Shown here: piece after piece, positions 1 through 8,956 of the stretch | Layout of the letters: each line of letters opens with the position of its first letter | How positions within the stretch are numbered: the stretch's first letter is position 1 | Virus record (IMG/VR): IMGVR_UViG_3300017917_002466 | Span: 189,665-253,664 of that record | Direction: 5' to 3' (one strand) | Length of the DNA stretch: 64,000 bases | Notes under the pieces: generated by a model | Seen by the model: the letters and a program-made list of their open reading frames with translations, nothing else | The model's database searches: none | Told to the model about the DNA's origin: nothing | Made by a program: the position numbers and the translations under genes

Positions 1-420
1 TGTTCTCATAAAAAATTAATAGGAGATAAACGATTGAAGTTTTGGGAAAACAAAAATTTTTCACTAAGTCATAAAAATAAACTTTGTTCTAATAATTGGA
101 ATGCCAAACATACTGGTAAAAATAGTCCTCTTTGGAACTTCAAATTATCTGATAAAGAAAGAGGAAAACAACATCAAATTTCTGGAATTAATCAATGGAA
201 AAGAAAAGTTAAAGAAAGAGATAATCATACTTGTCAAAAATGTGGTTCAAAAGAATTTCTACAAGTCCACCATATAAATAACTTTAAAGATTTTGAAGAA
301 CAAAGAACTGATATTAATAACGGAATTACTTTGTGTCAAGAATGTCATAAAGCTATTCATAAACAGTTTGGTTTAAAAACTAAACTAAGTAATCTTTTAG
401 AATTCTTAAATCATACTTAA
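1..420 (+). CDS. HNH homing endonuclease (5'-partial; frame open from base 1)
   Basis: RDNHTCQKCG...LQVHHI...NGITLCQECHKAIH HNH/zinc motif; frame has no stop back to position 1; antisense to its neighbours. Confidence 0.9.
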   Translation, partial: CSHKKLIGDKRLKFWENKNFSLSHKNKLCSNNWNAKHTGKNSPLWNFKLSDKERGKQHQISGINQWKRKVKERDNHTCQKCGSKEFLQVHHINNFKDFEEQRTDINNGITLCQECHKAIHKQFGLKTKLSNLLEFLNHT

Positions 421-2331
421 AAATTCTTTTTCGTTGATTACTTTAACTCCTATTTTAGATGCTTTTTCATTCTTAGCACTTCCAGAATCATTATCGTTAG
501 TTACCAAATAATCAAGTCCTTTAGAAATAGTTGATTTATAAACTCCTCCGTTATCTTCAACCATTTTGATAAAATCATCTCTCTTTCCTAAAGATAAAGC
601 ACCAGTTACACAAAAAGACTTTCCATCAAGATTACTTCTTTTATTTGACTTTTTTTCCTTCTTCATAATTGTTATTCCAACCTCCATCAGTTCATTTATA
701 ACCTTCTGCTTCTTCTTCAATCCATCTATGATTGCCTCGGCTGTAACTCTTCCAATTCCCTTGATACCAGCCAAGTCTTCAACTCCCTGCGAAAGAATCT
801 TGGTAACAGAATCCAAACCATTCTTTTCAAGAAGCTCTGCCGTCTTGTCACTGAAGTTCGGGATATTCAAACCTCCGACGAACTCCCCAAAAGACAGTTC
901 TTTCTTTGCGTTCAAAGTATCCACAATCTTGTTTGCGGAACTAGAACCGAATCCTTCAAGCTCGCAAATCATATTCGGCTTCAATTTGTAAAGATCAGCA
1001 GGAGTCTTGACAAGACCCGCTTCATACAACTTCTCAAGTGTAGCAGAAGCAATCCCTTTCAGATCAAGCTTCTTCACCCACTTATTCAGATTGCCAATTT
1101 CTCCACCAGAGCATCCTTCATTTTCGCAAGTAAGGAAAATTCCACCAACAGAAACCTTCTCTCCACAAATAGGACAGTTCTTCGGAACGATAAGCTTATC
1201 TCCGCGTTTTGCTCCCGGATGATTACTCAAGTTCTCGCATATCTGTGGTATAACATCGTTTGCGCGCTCAACAAGAACTGTATCTCCCTTGTGGAAATTA
1301 AACTCATTGAACATTCCAAGATTGTGAACAGAAGCCCTTGATACCTTGACTCCTGCAAGTTCAACAGTCTCCATCACAAGAACTGGAGTGATTCTTCCCG
1401 AATTGCCCAACTGCCACTCAACCCCAAGAACCTTTGTCTGCTTCTTCATACTTGTAAACTTCCAAGCAATCATTCCACGATAGTTCTCACCCTTGAATCC
1501 AAGAGTCATAAGAACATCAATATCATTTGGCTCAATCACAAGACCATCAATTTCGTGGTCAAGGCTTGCTCTCGTACTTTGTTCGTATTCATTGTAAACA
1601 AGTTTGGCTGTTTCAATATTGCCACAAAAATGCTTACAAGTCCTCAGACCAAGCTTCTTCTCAATGAAGTCATACATTTCCTTCTTGGTCTTGAAATCTC
1701 CACTCGCAAAGTAATATTCAACATAAAGATACTCGGTATATTTTCCGTCATATCCCTTTGCGATACCAGAAGCTCCGTTCCTTACATTCTGATAAGGTCT
1801 TTCTCCGCGGATATTGCAGACCTGATTGACAGCCGAAAAATCGCCAGTCTTCATCATAATCTCACCACGAAGACTGCCGGTATAAGAATTAGGAACATTA
1901 GCTTTGACATTCTGCATCCGAAGAACATTCTGAGTAATCACTTCACCAGTGATACCATCGCCCCTTGTGATTGCTTTTGTCAGCTTTCCATTGGTATATT
2001 CAATTTCAAGGGAGATACCATCAAGCTTCTCTGAAACAATCATTTCCTCACCAGCAAGCCCATTATCCTTTGCCCAAGCAACGAACTCTTCAACAACGTT
2101 GACCTTGTTGCAACTGTGCATCGGAATCTTGTGCTTTGCCTTATCCCATTCAGAAGCTTCAGGAACAGGGGCACCAATCGTCTTCAAGAAGGGATCATTC
2201 GGATAAAGCCTTGTGAACTCATCTTTGAGTGCATCAAAATCCTTATCAGAAATTGTAGAAAATGACTTGTTGTAATAAGAGTCACAGGCTTCAACTAATT
2301 TTCTTTTCATTTCCTCATATTTCATAATCAA
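406..2331 (-). CDS. ligA: NAD-dependent DNA ligase
   Basis: YY..ISD..FD domain Ia, SEKLDG adenylation motif, TRGDG..GE, LRGE, IDGLV, AWKF, OB-fold GRITP/SVHN/RANDVIP, Cys4 zinc finger, HhH, C-terminal BRCT (FCVTG). Confidence 0.97.
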   Translation of the reverse strand: MIMKYEEMKRKLVEACDSYYNKSFSTISDKDFDALKDEFTRLYPNDPFLKTIGAPVPEASEWDKAKHKIPMHSCNKVNVVEEFVAWAKDNGLAGEEMIVSEKLDGISLEIEYTNGKLTKAITRGDGITGEVITQNVLRMQNVKANVPNSYTGSLRGEIMMKTGDFSAVNQVCNIRGERPYQNVRNGASGIAKGYDGKYTEYLYVEYYFASGDFKTKKEMYDFIEKKLGLRTCKHFCGNIETAKLVYNEYEQSTRASLDHEIDGLVIEPNDIDVLMTLGFKGENYRGMIAWKFTSMKKQTKVLGVEWQLGNSGRITPVLVMETVELAGVKVSRASVHNLGMFNEFNFHKGDTVLVERANDVIPQICENLSNHPGAKRGDKLIVPKNCPICGEKVSVGGIFLTCENEGCSGGEIGNLNKWVKKLDLKGIASATLEKLYEAGLVKTPADLYKLKPNMICELEGFGSSSANKIVDTLNAKKELSFGEFVGGLNIPNFSDKTAELLEKNGLDSVTKILSQGVEDLAGIKGIGRVTAEAIIDGLKKKQKVINELMEVGITIMKKEKKSNKRSNLDGKSFCVTGALSLGKRDDFIKMVEDNGGVYKSTISKGLDYLVTNDNDSGSAKNEKASKIGVKVINEKEFLSMI

Positions 2332-2720
2332 TCTTTTCCTTCTTCATCGTCTATATCTATTTCTTCTTCAATAAAAGTTCCAAATAAAAATTCAACATTT
2401 TCAGAATAAATAGTAAATTCTTTATTATTCATTAGTCCAAATTCTATTAATTGAAGTTCCATCTCTTTTTTGTGTTCGATTAATGATTTATTTTCATCAA
2501 GCAAAGTAATATCTTTTCCAAATAAAATAACCCCATCAGGCCAACTAATAATATTATTCGAACTAACCCAACAAAAATTATCTTTAAGGTTATTTAATTC
2601 TTTTTCATTAAGTTTATCAATCCATTTTATAAAACAACAATTGCAGATAACAATACCTAAAATAGAAATATCAGAAATACCTTTACAATTTCCTCTAACT
2701 TTTTCTTTAATAGTTATCAT
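2328..2720 (-). CDS. hypothetical protein
   Basis: ORF tiled with ligA; second Met (MITIK) is the likelier start. Confidence 0.6.
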   Translation of the reverse strand: MITIKEKVRGNCKGISDISILGIVICNCCFIKWIDKLNEKELNNLKDNFCWVSSNNIISWPDGVILFGKDITLLDENKSLIEHKKEMELQLIEFGLMNNKEFTIYSENVEFLFGTFIEEEIDIDDEEGKD

Positions 2721-2724
2721 AAAT

Positions 2725-2976
2725 TTATTTGTTCCTTTCATTAAAGTTGTGTTTTTCCACCCAATAAAATTTAGATTTAACAGTTTGATATGATTGATTT
2801 TTAAAATATTTATGAGTTATTTTTTCATTCATTTCATTTGCTAAAAGAATTATATCTCTATATGCAAAACAAGCTACTATTCTATGATCATTATTACCAA
2901 AATAAATATCTTTTCCTTCTAGTCTTTTTTCACGAATATTATTACAAAGCTCTTTCCATTGTTTTATAGTAATCAT
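2725..2976 (-). CDS. hypothetical protein
   Basis: tiled ORF; also starts MITIK. Confidence 0.6.
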   Translation of the reverse strand: MITIKQWKELCNNIREKRLEGKDIYFGNNDHRIVACFAYRDIILLANEMNEKITHKYFKNQSYQTVKSKFYWVEKHNFNERNK

Positions 2977-2978
2977 AA

Positions 2979-3284
2979 TTAGTCTTTAATTTTTTGAAAA
3001 ATTTTATATATAATATCGTATGTTTCATTAAAAGTAGTATGATCTATAGGTTCACCCTTAATTTCCAAAGGTAAACCAGTAGAGAAAACTTGACTATGGA
3101 ATTCATTAAACTTTTTACAGGCTTCAATAGCAAGGTCTATAACTTCAATCTTACGAAGATGATGGTCTCTAAAATACCTACGGAATTCATTTACAGAACA
3201 GTCAATAGTAACACGAACACGATTATCGGTTTGATTGACTCCTCTATCTTCCGATCTGTATGTGATAAAATTGGTTACTTTCAT
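2979..3284 (-). CDS. hypothetical early protein, probably leaderless
   Basis: ATG lies 7 nt downstream of a sigma70 -10 box; no SD sequence. Confidence 0.65.
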   Translation of the reverse strand: MKVTNFITYRSEDRGVNQTDNRVRVTIDCSVNEFRRYFRDHHLRKIEVIDLAIEACKKFNEFHSQVFSTGLPLEIKGEPIDHTTFNETYDIIYKIFQKIKD

Positions 3285-3290
3285 ACAAAC

Positions 3291-3319
3291 AATATACTAT
3301 ATTGTATATATTTTGTCAA
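3291..3319 (-). promoter_or_regulatory. sigma70-type (early) promoter
   Basis: TTGACA-17 nt-TATATT on minus strand. Confidence 0.8.
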
Positions 3320-3322
3320 GTC

Positions 3323-3544
3323 CTAAAATGCGTTATTTTGACACAGCAATTCTTCTGTGATTTTTCGAATTCTCATTTGAGACTGCATATCAGCCATAAC
3401 TCTATCACCCTTAACATTACCAAGAAATCGTTTGTAGGCTTTCTTGGCTTTGGCAAGAGTGGGTTCTTTATGAGAACCATACCATTGCCCATTACGATGA
3501 TTCTCTAATTCAATCACGTAATAAGTCACCTTTTTCATAAACAT
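3323..3544 (-). CDS. small basic hypothetical early protein
   Basis: AAGGAG SD; directly downstream of a sigma70 promoter. Confidence 0.7.
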   Translation of the reverse strand: MFMKKVTYYVIELENHRNGQWYGSHKEPTLAKAKKAYKRFLGNVKGDRVMADMQSQMRIRKITEELLCQNNAF

Positions 3545-3556
3545 CTCCTTTCAAAT

Positions 3557-3602
3557 AAAAAATCCCTCGCAGAATATCAATATAACACTCTGCAAGGGAT
3601 TT
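3557..3602 (-). terminator. intrinsic terminator overlapping a sigma70 promoter
   Basis: AAATCCCTTGCAGA...TCTGCGAGGGATTT stem followed by T-run on minus strand, downstream of 3644..5083. Confidence 0.75.
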
Positions 3603-3607
3603 GTCAA
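3579..3607 (-). promoter_or_regulatory. sigma70-type (early) promoter
   Basis: TTGACA-17 nt-TATATT with TG extension (TGtTATATT). Confidence 0.85.
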
Positions 3608-3643
3608 TAGTTATCTTTAAAATTTATTTAGAACTCTGCATCC

Positions 3644-5083
3644 TTAAACCGCATCAAAAGGATTTGGTTTCTTTACCTCTGGGGATTTGGCCTCTTTCTT
3701 CTTTTGCAAGAACTTCTTGAAACCTTGCTTAAGCTGATCGGCTTTGGACTTTGCAGTATCACCAACTTCCTCAGCTCCCTTCTTAATTACTTCTCCAGCC
3801 TTCTCTACACCAGATTTGACCTTGGTTTCTATATCACCTTTTTCGATTGCTTCTTTAGCTTTCTCTATACCAGCCTTTGTTTTAGCTTCTATTCCTTTAC
3901 CAACTTCCTCAGCTCCCTTTTCAATTTCCTTACTAACTTTTTTAGTACCTTTTTCAATTTCTTTACCAACTTTTTCGGCTCCTTGTGTTACTTTTTCTCC
4001 GGCCTTTGCTCCCTGTTCTTTTACAATCTCAACAATCTTTTCAGCATTCTTCTGTGCCTTTTTAAAAGCTTCTTCACCAGTATCACTCTTAGCAAAGACG
4101 TGTTGGCCTGAACCCATAATCATTAATATAAGAGCGGCAGCAGTTAGAACTTTAGGACTCTTCTTAGCAACAAGGTCAAGAATGTTCTCCTTCAAAATTT
4201 CTCCACTAAGAATTTCTTCCTCAAAAGTCAACTGCTTCTTATCCATCATATGTCTTGCAATATCCATTGCGTGAACGAAATCTTCCTTATTATCATTTAG
4301 CCACTGTATCATTTCGTCCTTTGAAAGACCCATGACTTCTCCACAAACACCCTTGATCTTTTCCTGAATCCTCTTGAATGCGGCTCTTGCGGCTCCTTTC
4401 AAAGCGTCTATTCCTTTTCCTTCTTCAAGAACTCCAAGCTTCTTTGCCTTGAACTCGGAGAAAGATTCGGTCTTGGTATCATAAGCCTTATCACCCTTTT
4501 CCAACTTATCTGTCTTACTTGTACCTGACATATGAGCTTTATTTGGCTTAATATCCTTTGGTAATTCATAATCAGGTTTAAACTTATCAGAAACAATTGC
4601 TTCTCTATCTTCTGTATCAACTACTTCTTGTGGAACCATTTTAGTCCAAGTTATCTTACCAATTTCATTTCCTTTAATAACTTCTTTAGTTTCCTCATCC
4701 TTCCTATCAGCAGTATCATCTATTAAATTATATTTTTTAATTTTCTTTTTCATAGCTTCTAAAATAGACTTAATGGGTTGTATAGATGAACCATATGTAA
4801 AAAAACTAAAAGGATTTTTTTCTTTAATAAAATTATTAACGGCTTCAGCAAAACTAGAAGCAATTTTAGAATTTGAATCGTTTATACTAATTCTATGAGA
4901 AATACTGTTTTCAAATTCCAGTATCCAAGTATTAAAATCTTCTGAACCATTTCCACCAACAGAATTGCATAATAATGCGTATTCTACTCCATCAACAACA
5001 AATCTATTTTCCCATTTTCCAGCCATTCCATTATAAATTTGTTGACTTTCTAGTTTTTCTATTAAAATATTTTTAAAAGACAT
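3644..5083 (-). CDS. putative head-packaged multi-module protein with internal signal-peptide-like segment and 11-aa LEA-like repeats
   Basis: MSFKNILIE tag, internal TESFSEF and ILKE motifs, hydrophobic VLTAAALILMIMG..VFA, GAEEVGKGIE-type repeats; late promoter and GGAGG SD upstream. Confidence 0.7.
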   Translation of the reverse strand: MSFKNILIEKLESQQIYNGMAGKWENRFVVDGVEYALLCNSVGGNGSEDFNTWILEFENSISHRISINDSNSKIASSFAEAVNNFIKEKNPFSFFTYGSSIQPIKSILEAMKKKIKKYNLIDDTADRKDEETKEVIKGNEIGKITWTKMVPQEVVDTEDREAIVSDKFKPDYELPKDIKPNKAHMSGTSKTDKLEKGDKAYDTKTESFSEFKAKKLGVLEEGKGIDALKGAARAAFKRIQEKIKGVCGEVMGLSKDEMIQWLNDNKEDFVHAMDIARHMMDKKQLTFEEEILSGEILKENILDLVAKKSPKVLTAAALILMIMGSGQHVFAKSDTGEEAFKKAQKNAEKIVEIVKEQGAKAGEKVTQGAEKVGKEIEKGTKKVSKEIEKGAEEVGKGIEAKTKAGIEKAKEAIEKGDIETKVKSGVEKAGEVIKKGAEEVGDTAKSKADQLKQGFKKFLQKKKEAKSPEVKKPNPFDAV

Positions 5084-5100
5084 TTTTAATCCTCCTTTGA

Positions 5101-5141
5101 TAATCTTTAATAGTATTTATATAAATACTATTAAGAGATTA
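5101..5141. promoter_or_regulatory. palindrome containing back-to-back T4-type late promoters
   Basis: TAGTATTTAT|ATAAATACTA perfect core; TATAAATA on minus (5114-5121) and plus (5120-5127). Confidence 0.75.
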
Positions 5142-5214
5142 GACTTAATATTCGTTGTATTAAGTCAACAAGATGAGGTTTCATATCTTGCTGTTCCTCT
5201 TAACAATATTTATA
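5131..5214 (-). ncRNA. putative three-stem structured (antisense) RNA upstream of the endonuclease relic
   Basis: stems 5131-37/5197-5203, 5142-50/5158-66, 5169-74/5185-90; minus-strand TATAAATA at 5207-5214; loop matches the RBS region of the adjacent plus-strand gene. Confidence 0.45.
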
Positions 5215-5224
5215 AAGGTTTCAA

Positions 5225-5481
5225 ATGAAAAAATCACTACAGAAGAATTTATTCAAAAAGCTAAATAAGTCCGCGGTGATAAGTTCAATTACTCTAAAGT
5301 TAAATATATTAGTACTCATCAATTTGTATTGAATATAACGGCAAACAACACGTTGATAAAGAAAGTAAATTTTATTCTGATGAAAATGTTAAAAACGAAT
5401 ATTGTCAGAAAAACAATATTCGCTTAATCAGAATTCCATATTGGGAAACTTCTAATATAGAAAAAATTCTTAAAAATTTAA
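5225..5481 (+). pseudogene. internally deleted, frameshifted homing-endonuclease relic (same family as 16173..17093)
   Basis: MKK/ITTEEFIQKAK*VRGDKFNYSKVKY joined directly to CIEYNGKQH...KNEYCQKNNIRLIRIPYWE. Confidence 0.85.
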
Positions 5482-5730
5482 TTATACTAATATTTTAAGC
5501 ATCTGCTGAATTAATCTAATATCAATTCCTTCTTGAATAAGGAAAGAGGTAAATTGAGCTACTTCGCTAACAGTTTTCATCATTTTTTTAAAATCATCTA
5601 TACTTCCTTGAAAATAAGTATTATATGCTTCATCTAAAGCGTCTTGAGTCATTCCCTTTGAAACTGTTTTTGTGTACTCCGCTACTTCATCATTGCCTAA
5701 AAATCTATTAAAATAAGTGTTATTTTTCAT
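5482..5730 (-). CDS. hypothetical protein
   Basis: AGGAG SD before MKNNTYFNRFL. Confidence 0.7.
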   Translation of the reverse strand: MKNNTYFNRFLGNDEVAEYTKTVSKGMTQDALDEAYNTYFQGSIDDFKKMMKTVSEVAQFTSFLIQEGIDIRLIQQMLKILV

Positions 5731-5734
5731 TTTA

Positions 5735-6070
5735 TTACTCCTGTTTCTTTTTAGATTTATATGATTCATCGGCTAAATCTTGCATTCTAACTATTGCTTT
5801 CCTGAGTGAAACTTCAGCTTCAAATGCAGTTGTATTACCTTCATCAGTTGTAAGTGTATCAATAAATTCAGCTGCTTTTTTAACATTATCAATATGCTTT
5901 AAAATTTCACCAACAGCACTACCAGATGATTTTTCTTCATTTTCTTCATCATCAACTACTTTAGATGCAATTTTCTTAATAGTTGGACTATTTTCTTTTT
6001 CATCCTCAATATCTTCAATATCTTCAATATCTCTTTCTACTAATTTTTCAAGATCGTTTAAAATACTCAT
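5735..6070 (-). CDS. acidic hypothetical protein (candidate head internal protein)
   Basis: MSILNDLEKLVE N-terminus; DIE tandem repeat; late promoter upstream. Confidence 0.7.
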   Translation of the reverse strand: MSILNDLEKLVERDIEDIEDIEDEKENSPTIKKIASKVVDDEENEEKSSGSAVGEILKHIDNVKKAAEFIDTLTTDEGNTTAFEAEVSLRKAIVRMQDLADESYKSKKKQE

Positions 6071-6119
6071 ATATTATAATCCCCTTATGTTTTAATTTTA
6101 TAACAAAATATTTCAGAAG

Positions 6120-6127
6120 TATTTATA
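6120..6127 (-). promoter_or_regulatory. T4-type late promoter
   Basis: TATAAATA in intergenic gap. Confidence 0.65.
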
Positions 6128-6448
6128 TTAATCAGTAGATTTTTTAGAAACTTCAATACTTGGATATTCTTTCTTAACAGCCCTTGCTACAGCCATCTTA
6201 AGTCCTTTAAGTGTTCCTTTATACCAAGATGGAACTTTATCAAATTGATTGGCTCTTGCCAAAGCATTTCTTGCCTGAGCAGCACTTCCAAGTGGAAAAT
6301 GGTCTTTATCATCCTTAACACTTTTACTCTTAGCATCAAAAACAGGATTTGGACGATTTCTAACCTTTGCCTTTTCACTTTTTTCTTTAGCTTCATTAAC
6401 AACTATACCATCAATGTTCTCAAAAAGTTCTTCAAGCATTGTTGTCAT
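6128..6448 (-). CDS. small basic virion-associated protein (DUF6582-like)
   Basis: HFPL...ARNALARA...AV.K.YPSI motif after an acidic N-terminal propeptide. Confidence 0.6.
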   Translation of the reverse strand: MTTMLEELFENIDGIVVNEAKEKSEKAKVRNRPNPVFDAKSKSVKDDKDHFPLGSAAQARNALARANQFDKVPSWYKGTLKGLKMAVARAVKKEYPSIEVSKKSTD

Positions 6449-6449
6449 A

Positions 6450-6869
6450 TTATCTCCTTGCTAAGAAAAGCTCATCATCATAGGTTTGAACTTCTCTATT
6501 TTCTATAAGACTATGTATTTCTTCTAAAGCTTCATTTTGATTTTTGAAAGTTCCATATTTAAGAACCAAGTTCTCATCAAATATTCCAAAAATATTATCT
6601 CTCTCAAACACAAATAGACGATTTCCTTTAGAGTGTGGTTTTCCATCTAAATCCAAATTATTTAAACTATCTTCGTATTCTGTAAAAAATACGCTACCGT
6701 CATTAGACAAAGGGTAATTACCTTGTCCATCAGTCACAGTATATAGAGTGTATGGACCTTTTTCAAAATTCCAAGACCACATATCCAATTCAATTACTTG
6801 TCTTGGAGATTCTTCTTCCATCTTTTCAAGAAGAAAATTGGCTTTGTTCATATAAAAGTCTGATTTCAT
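6450..6869 (-). CDS. hypothetical protein
   Basis: ORF after late promoter; NFLLE motif near N-terminus. Confidence 0.7.
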   Translation of the reverse strand: MKSDFYMNKANFLLEKMEEESPRQVIELDMWSWNFEKGPYTLYTVTDGQGNYPLSNDGSVFFTEYEDSLNNLDLDGKPHSKGNRLFVFERDNIFGIFDENLVLKYGTFKNQNEALEEIHSLIENREVQTYDDELFLARR

Positions 6870-6914
6870 TGATTGATTCCTTTAATATTTTGTAATCTTT
6901 TCTTTATTATTAAG

Positions 6915-6922
6915 TATTTATA
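6915..6922 (-). promoter_or_regulatory. T4-type late promoter
   Basis: TATAAATA in intergenic gap. Confidence 0.65.
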
Positions 6923-6980
6923 GTTTAACCAATCTTTCTAAACGGAAATAAGCACATAACAAAAGAAATGTTCGATAAAT

Positions 6981-8405
6981 TTATTTCCAGTCTTTTATAA
7001 ACTTTTCAATTGATTTCATATCATTTATATCAATTTCATTATTAAGTACATAATCTATTGTGTCTTTAATAATTTTACCAAATTGAATTCCTTGTTTAAT
7101 ATCTGGTCTTAATTTCATTATTAAAGCACCATTAATAACTTTTTTAACAGGATCAACAATATCTTTACCTTTAACCATATTTCTGACTTTTTCTATTTTT
7201 TCTTGAATATCATCCCATTCTTTTTGGTCAAATAAACTACCTCTGCTTTTATTATCACAATATGCCGTCTTTTCTAATAAATCAAAATATGGCGATTTAA
7301 CTAAAGTAGCAACAGTACTATTATTCATTTTTAAAATATCAAAAAATTTCATATGATTTTCGGCTACCCATTTTATAGCAGAAATTGTATCATTATCCAT
7401 CTTCATTCTTTTACCAATTTCTTCTATCATCTTACCAGATTGTTCAGCATGGCCATGATAAGAATGGGTTCCTTTATCTGTTAATGCATATGTTTTATTT
7501 TTACCCAAATCATGCATTAATAAACACCAATTTAATAAAGCATTAGGTTCTTTATTTACTTTAAGAACTTCCATGACATGACCGAAAACATTTGGAGATT
7601 CTGGATGGTGGTCTGGTGAATGTAACATTGACTCTTGTTCCACCAATTCAGGAAGAACATATTTCAATATTCCAATATCCTTTAACATAATAATAGCATC
7701 TGCAAACTTTGATCCGGATTGTTTTGCCATAGATGTAAGTTCTTTTAGTATTCTTTCTTGTGCGACCTTCTTTATCTCTGGTGCGTGTGACTTCATTGCT
7801 TCTAATGTTTCTTTGTCAATATCAAATCCAAGACGAGAAGCAAAACGAATTCCACGAAGAACTCTTACTTCATCTTCCTTAAAGCGTAAATTAGGATCAC
7901 CAACGGCAGCAACCACTTTCTTTTCAATATGGTCTAATCCACCATGATGGTCTATAATATTACCATCTTTATCAATACCAAGTTGATTGATTGTAAAATC
8001 TCTACGAGAAGCATCATCCTTAAATGATGTTGTAAGTTCTACTTTGTCAGCTCCTTTACCACCTTCACCAGAATACAAATCTTTTCTATAGGTAGCAATT
8101 TCTACGTTTTGACCTTTGTATGGAATAACAGTAACGCCCATAGCCTTATTCTTTCCAATGTCAATAGTTCTTCCAAATATCTTTTCTATTTCATCTGGAG
8201 TAGCATTAGTAGTAATATCAACATCATTTGGATTATTACCTAATACCAAATCTCTAACAACACCACCAACCATGAGGGCTTCAAAACCAGCAGCATTGAT
8301 CTTATCTAAAATCTCAATAGCGTTTCTGATTTCGGGATTGCTTTGTTTAATGGAATCCCAGTTATTTAATTTAGTTTCTTGAAAGTAATACTTTTCAAAT
8401 CTCAT
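6981..8405 (-). CDS. cca: class II tRNA nucleotidyltransferase (CCA-adding enzyme) with HD domain
   Basis: VGGVVRD..DVDITT, EIATYR, DASRRDFTIN, RFKED..RVLRGIRF, ERI..EL, HH.E...H and LMHDLGK HD motif; N-terminal MRFEKYYFQE tag. Confidence 0.92.
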   Translation of the reverse strand: MRFEKYYFQETKLNNWDSIKQSNPEIRNAIEILDKINAAGFEALMVGGVVRDLVLGNNPNDVDITTNATPDEIEKIFGRTIDIGKNKAMGVTVIPYKGQNVEIATYRKDLYSGEGGKGADKVELTTSFKDDASRRDFTINQLGIDKDGNIIDHHGGLDHIEKKVVAAVGDPNLRFKEDEVRVLRGIRFASRLGFDIDKETLEAMKSHAPEIKKVAQERILKELTSMAKQSGSKFADAIIMLKDIGILKYVLPELVEQESMLHSPDHHPESPNVFGHVMEVLKVNKEPNALLNWCLLMHDLGKNKTYALTDKGTHSYHGHAEQSGKMIEEIGKRMKMDNDTISAIKWVAENHMKFFDILKMNNSTVATLVKSPYFDLLEKTAYCDNKSRGSLFDQKEWDDIQEKIEKVRNMVKGKDIVDPVKKVINGALIMKLRPDIKQGIQFGKIIKDTIDYVLNNEIDINDMKSIEKFIKDWK

Positions 8406-8956
8406 TTTAATTTTTCCACGTTTAATATTTTAATTAAAGAATCAGAATAAGCTACATAAATTTTTCCTCTTCCTTGTATATCATCAGCAATAGACCCATA
8501 AACATTTAAATCATAAAGAAATTCAGAAGCTTTTTTATCACTTTTAAAAGTATCTCTTAATATTCCATAAGTTTGATCTAAATTATAAGTTTCTCTATAA
8601 CTTTCTAATTCTTCTTTCATATTATTAGCATCTTCATCATAACCATTTTCTTCGAGTTTATTAGCTATATCTAAATATATATTTTCAGGAATAAGTTGAT
8701 CCCATTCATAAAAATTTTCTAATCCATTAATTTTAACTTCATATAAAAACATTCCCTGATGTTTTTTACCTAAAAAATTTTCACGAGCATAATATTCAGC
8801 CAATTCTATATTATCGGCAAAATATAATCCAAATCCATATTTATTTAATCCATCGCCAGTTCCAACTTTATTCAAATCAAATTTATTAAAAGAATAAGCT
8901 GATCCATGATAAAGGACTTTAGATTCTTCTGTTAAATAATATTCATCGAATTTCAT
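8402..8956 (-). CDS. ADP-ribosyltransferase-like (ART-PolyVal type) domain protein
   Basis: LYHGS...F.KFD....GTGDG...YGFGLYFA...A..YA motif; MKFDEYYLTE tag. Confidence 0.7.
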   Translation of the reverse strand: MKFDEYYLTEESKVLYHGSAYSFNKFDLNKVGTGDGLNKYGFGLYFADNIELAEYYARENFLGKKHQGMFLYEVKINGLENFYEWDQLIPENIYLDIANKLEENGYDEDANNMKEELESYRETYNLDQTYGILRDTFKSDKKASEFLYDLNVYGSIADDIQGRGKIYVAYSDSLIKILNVEKLK

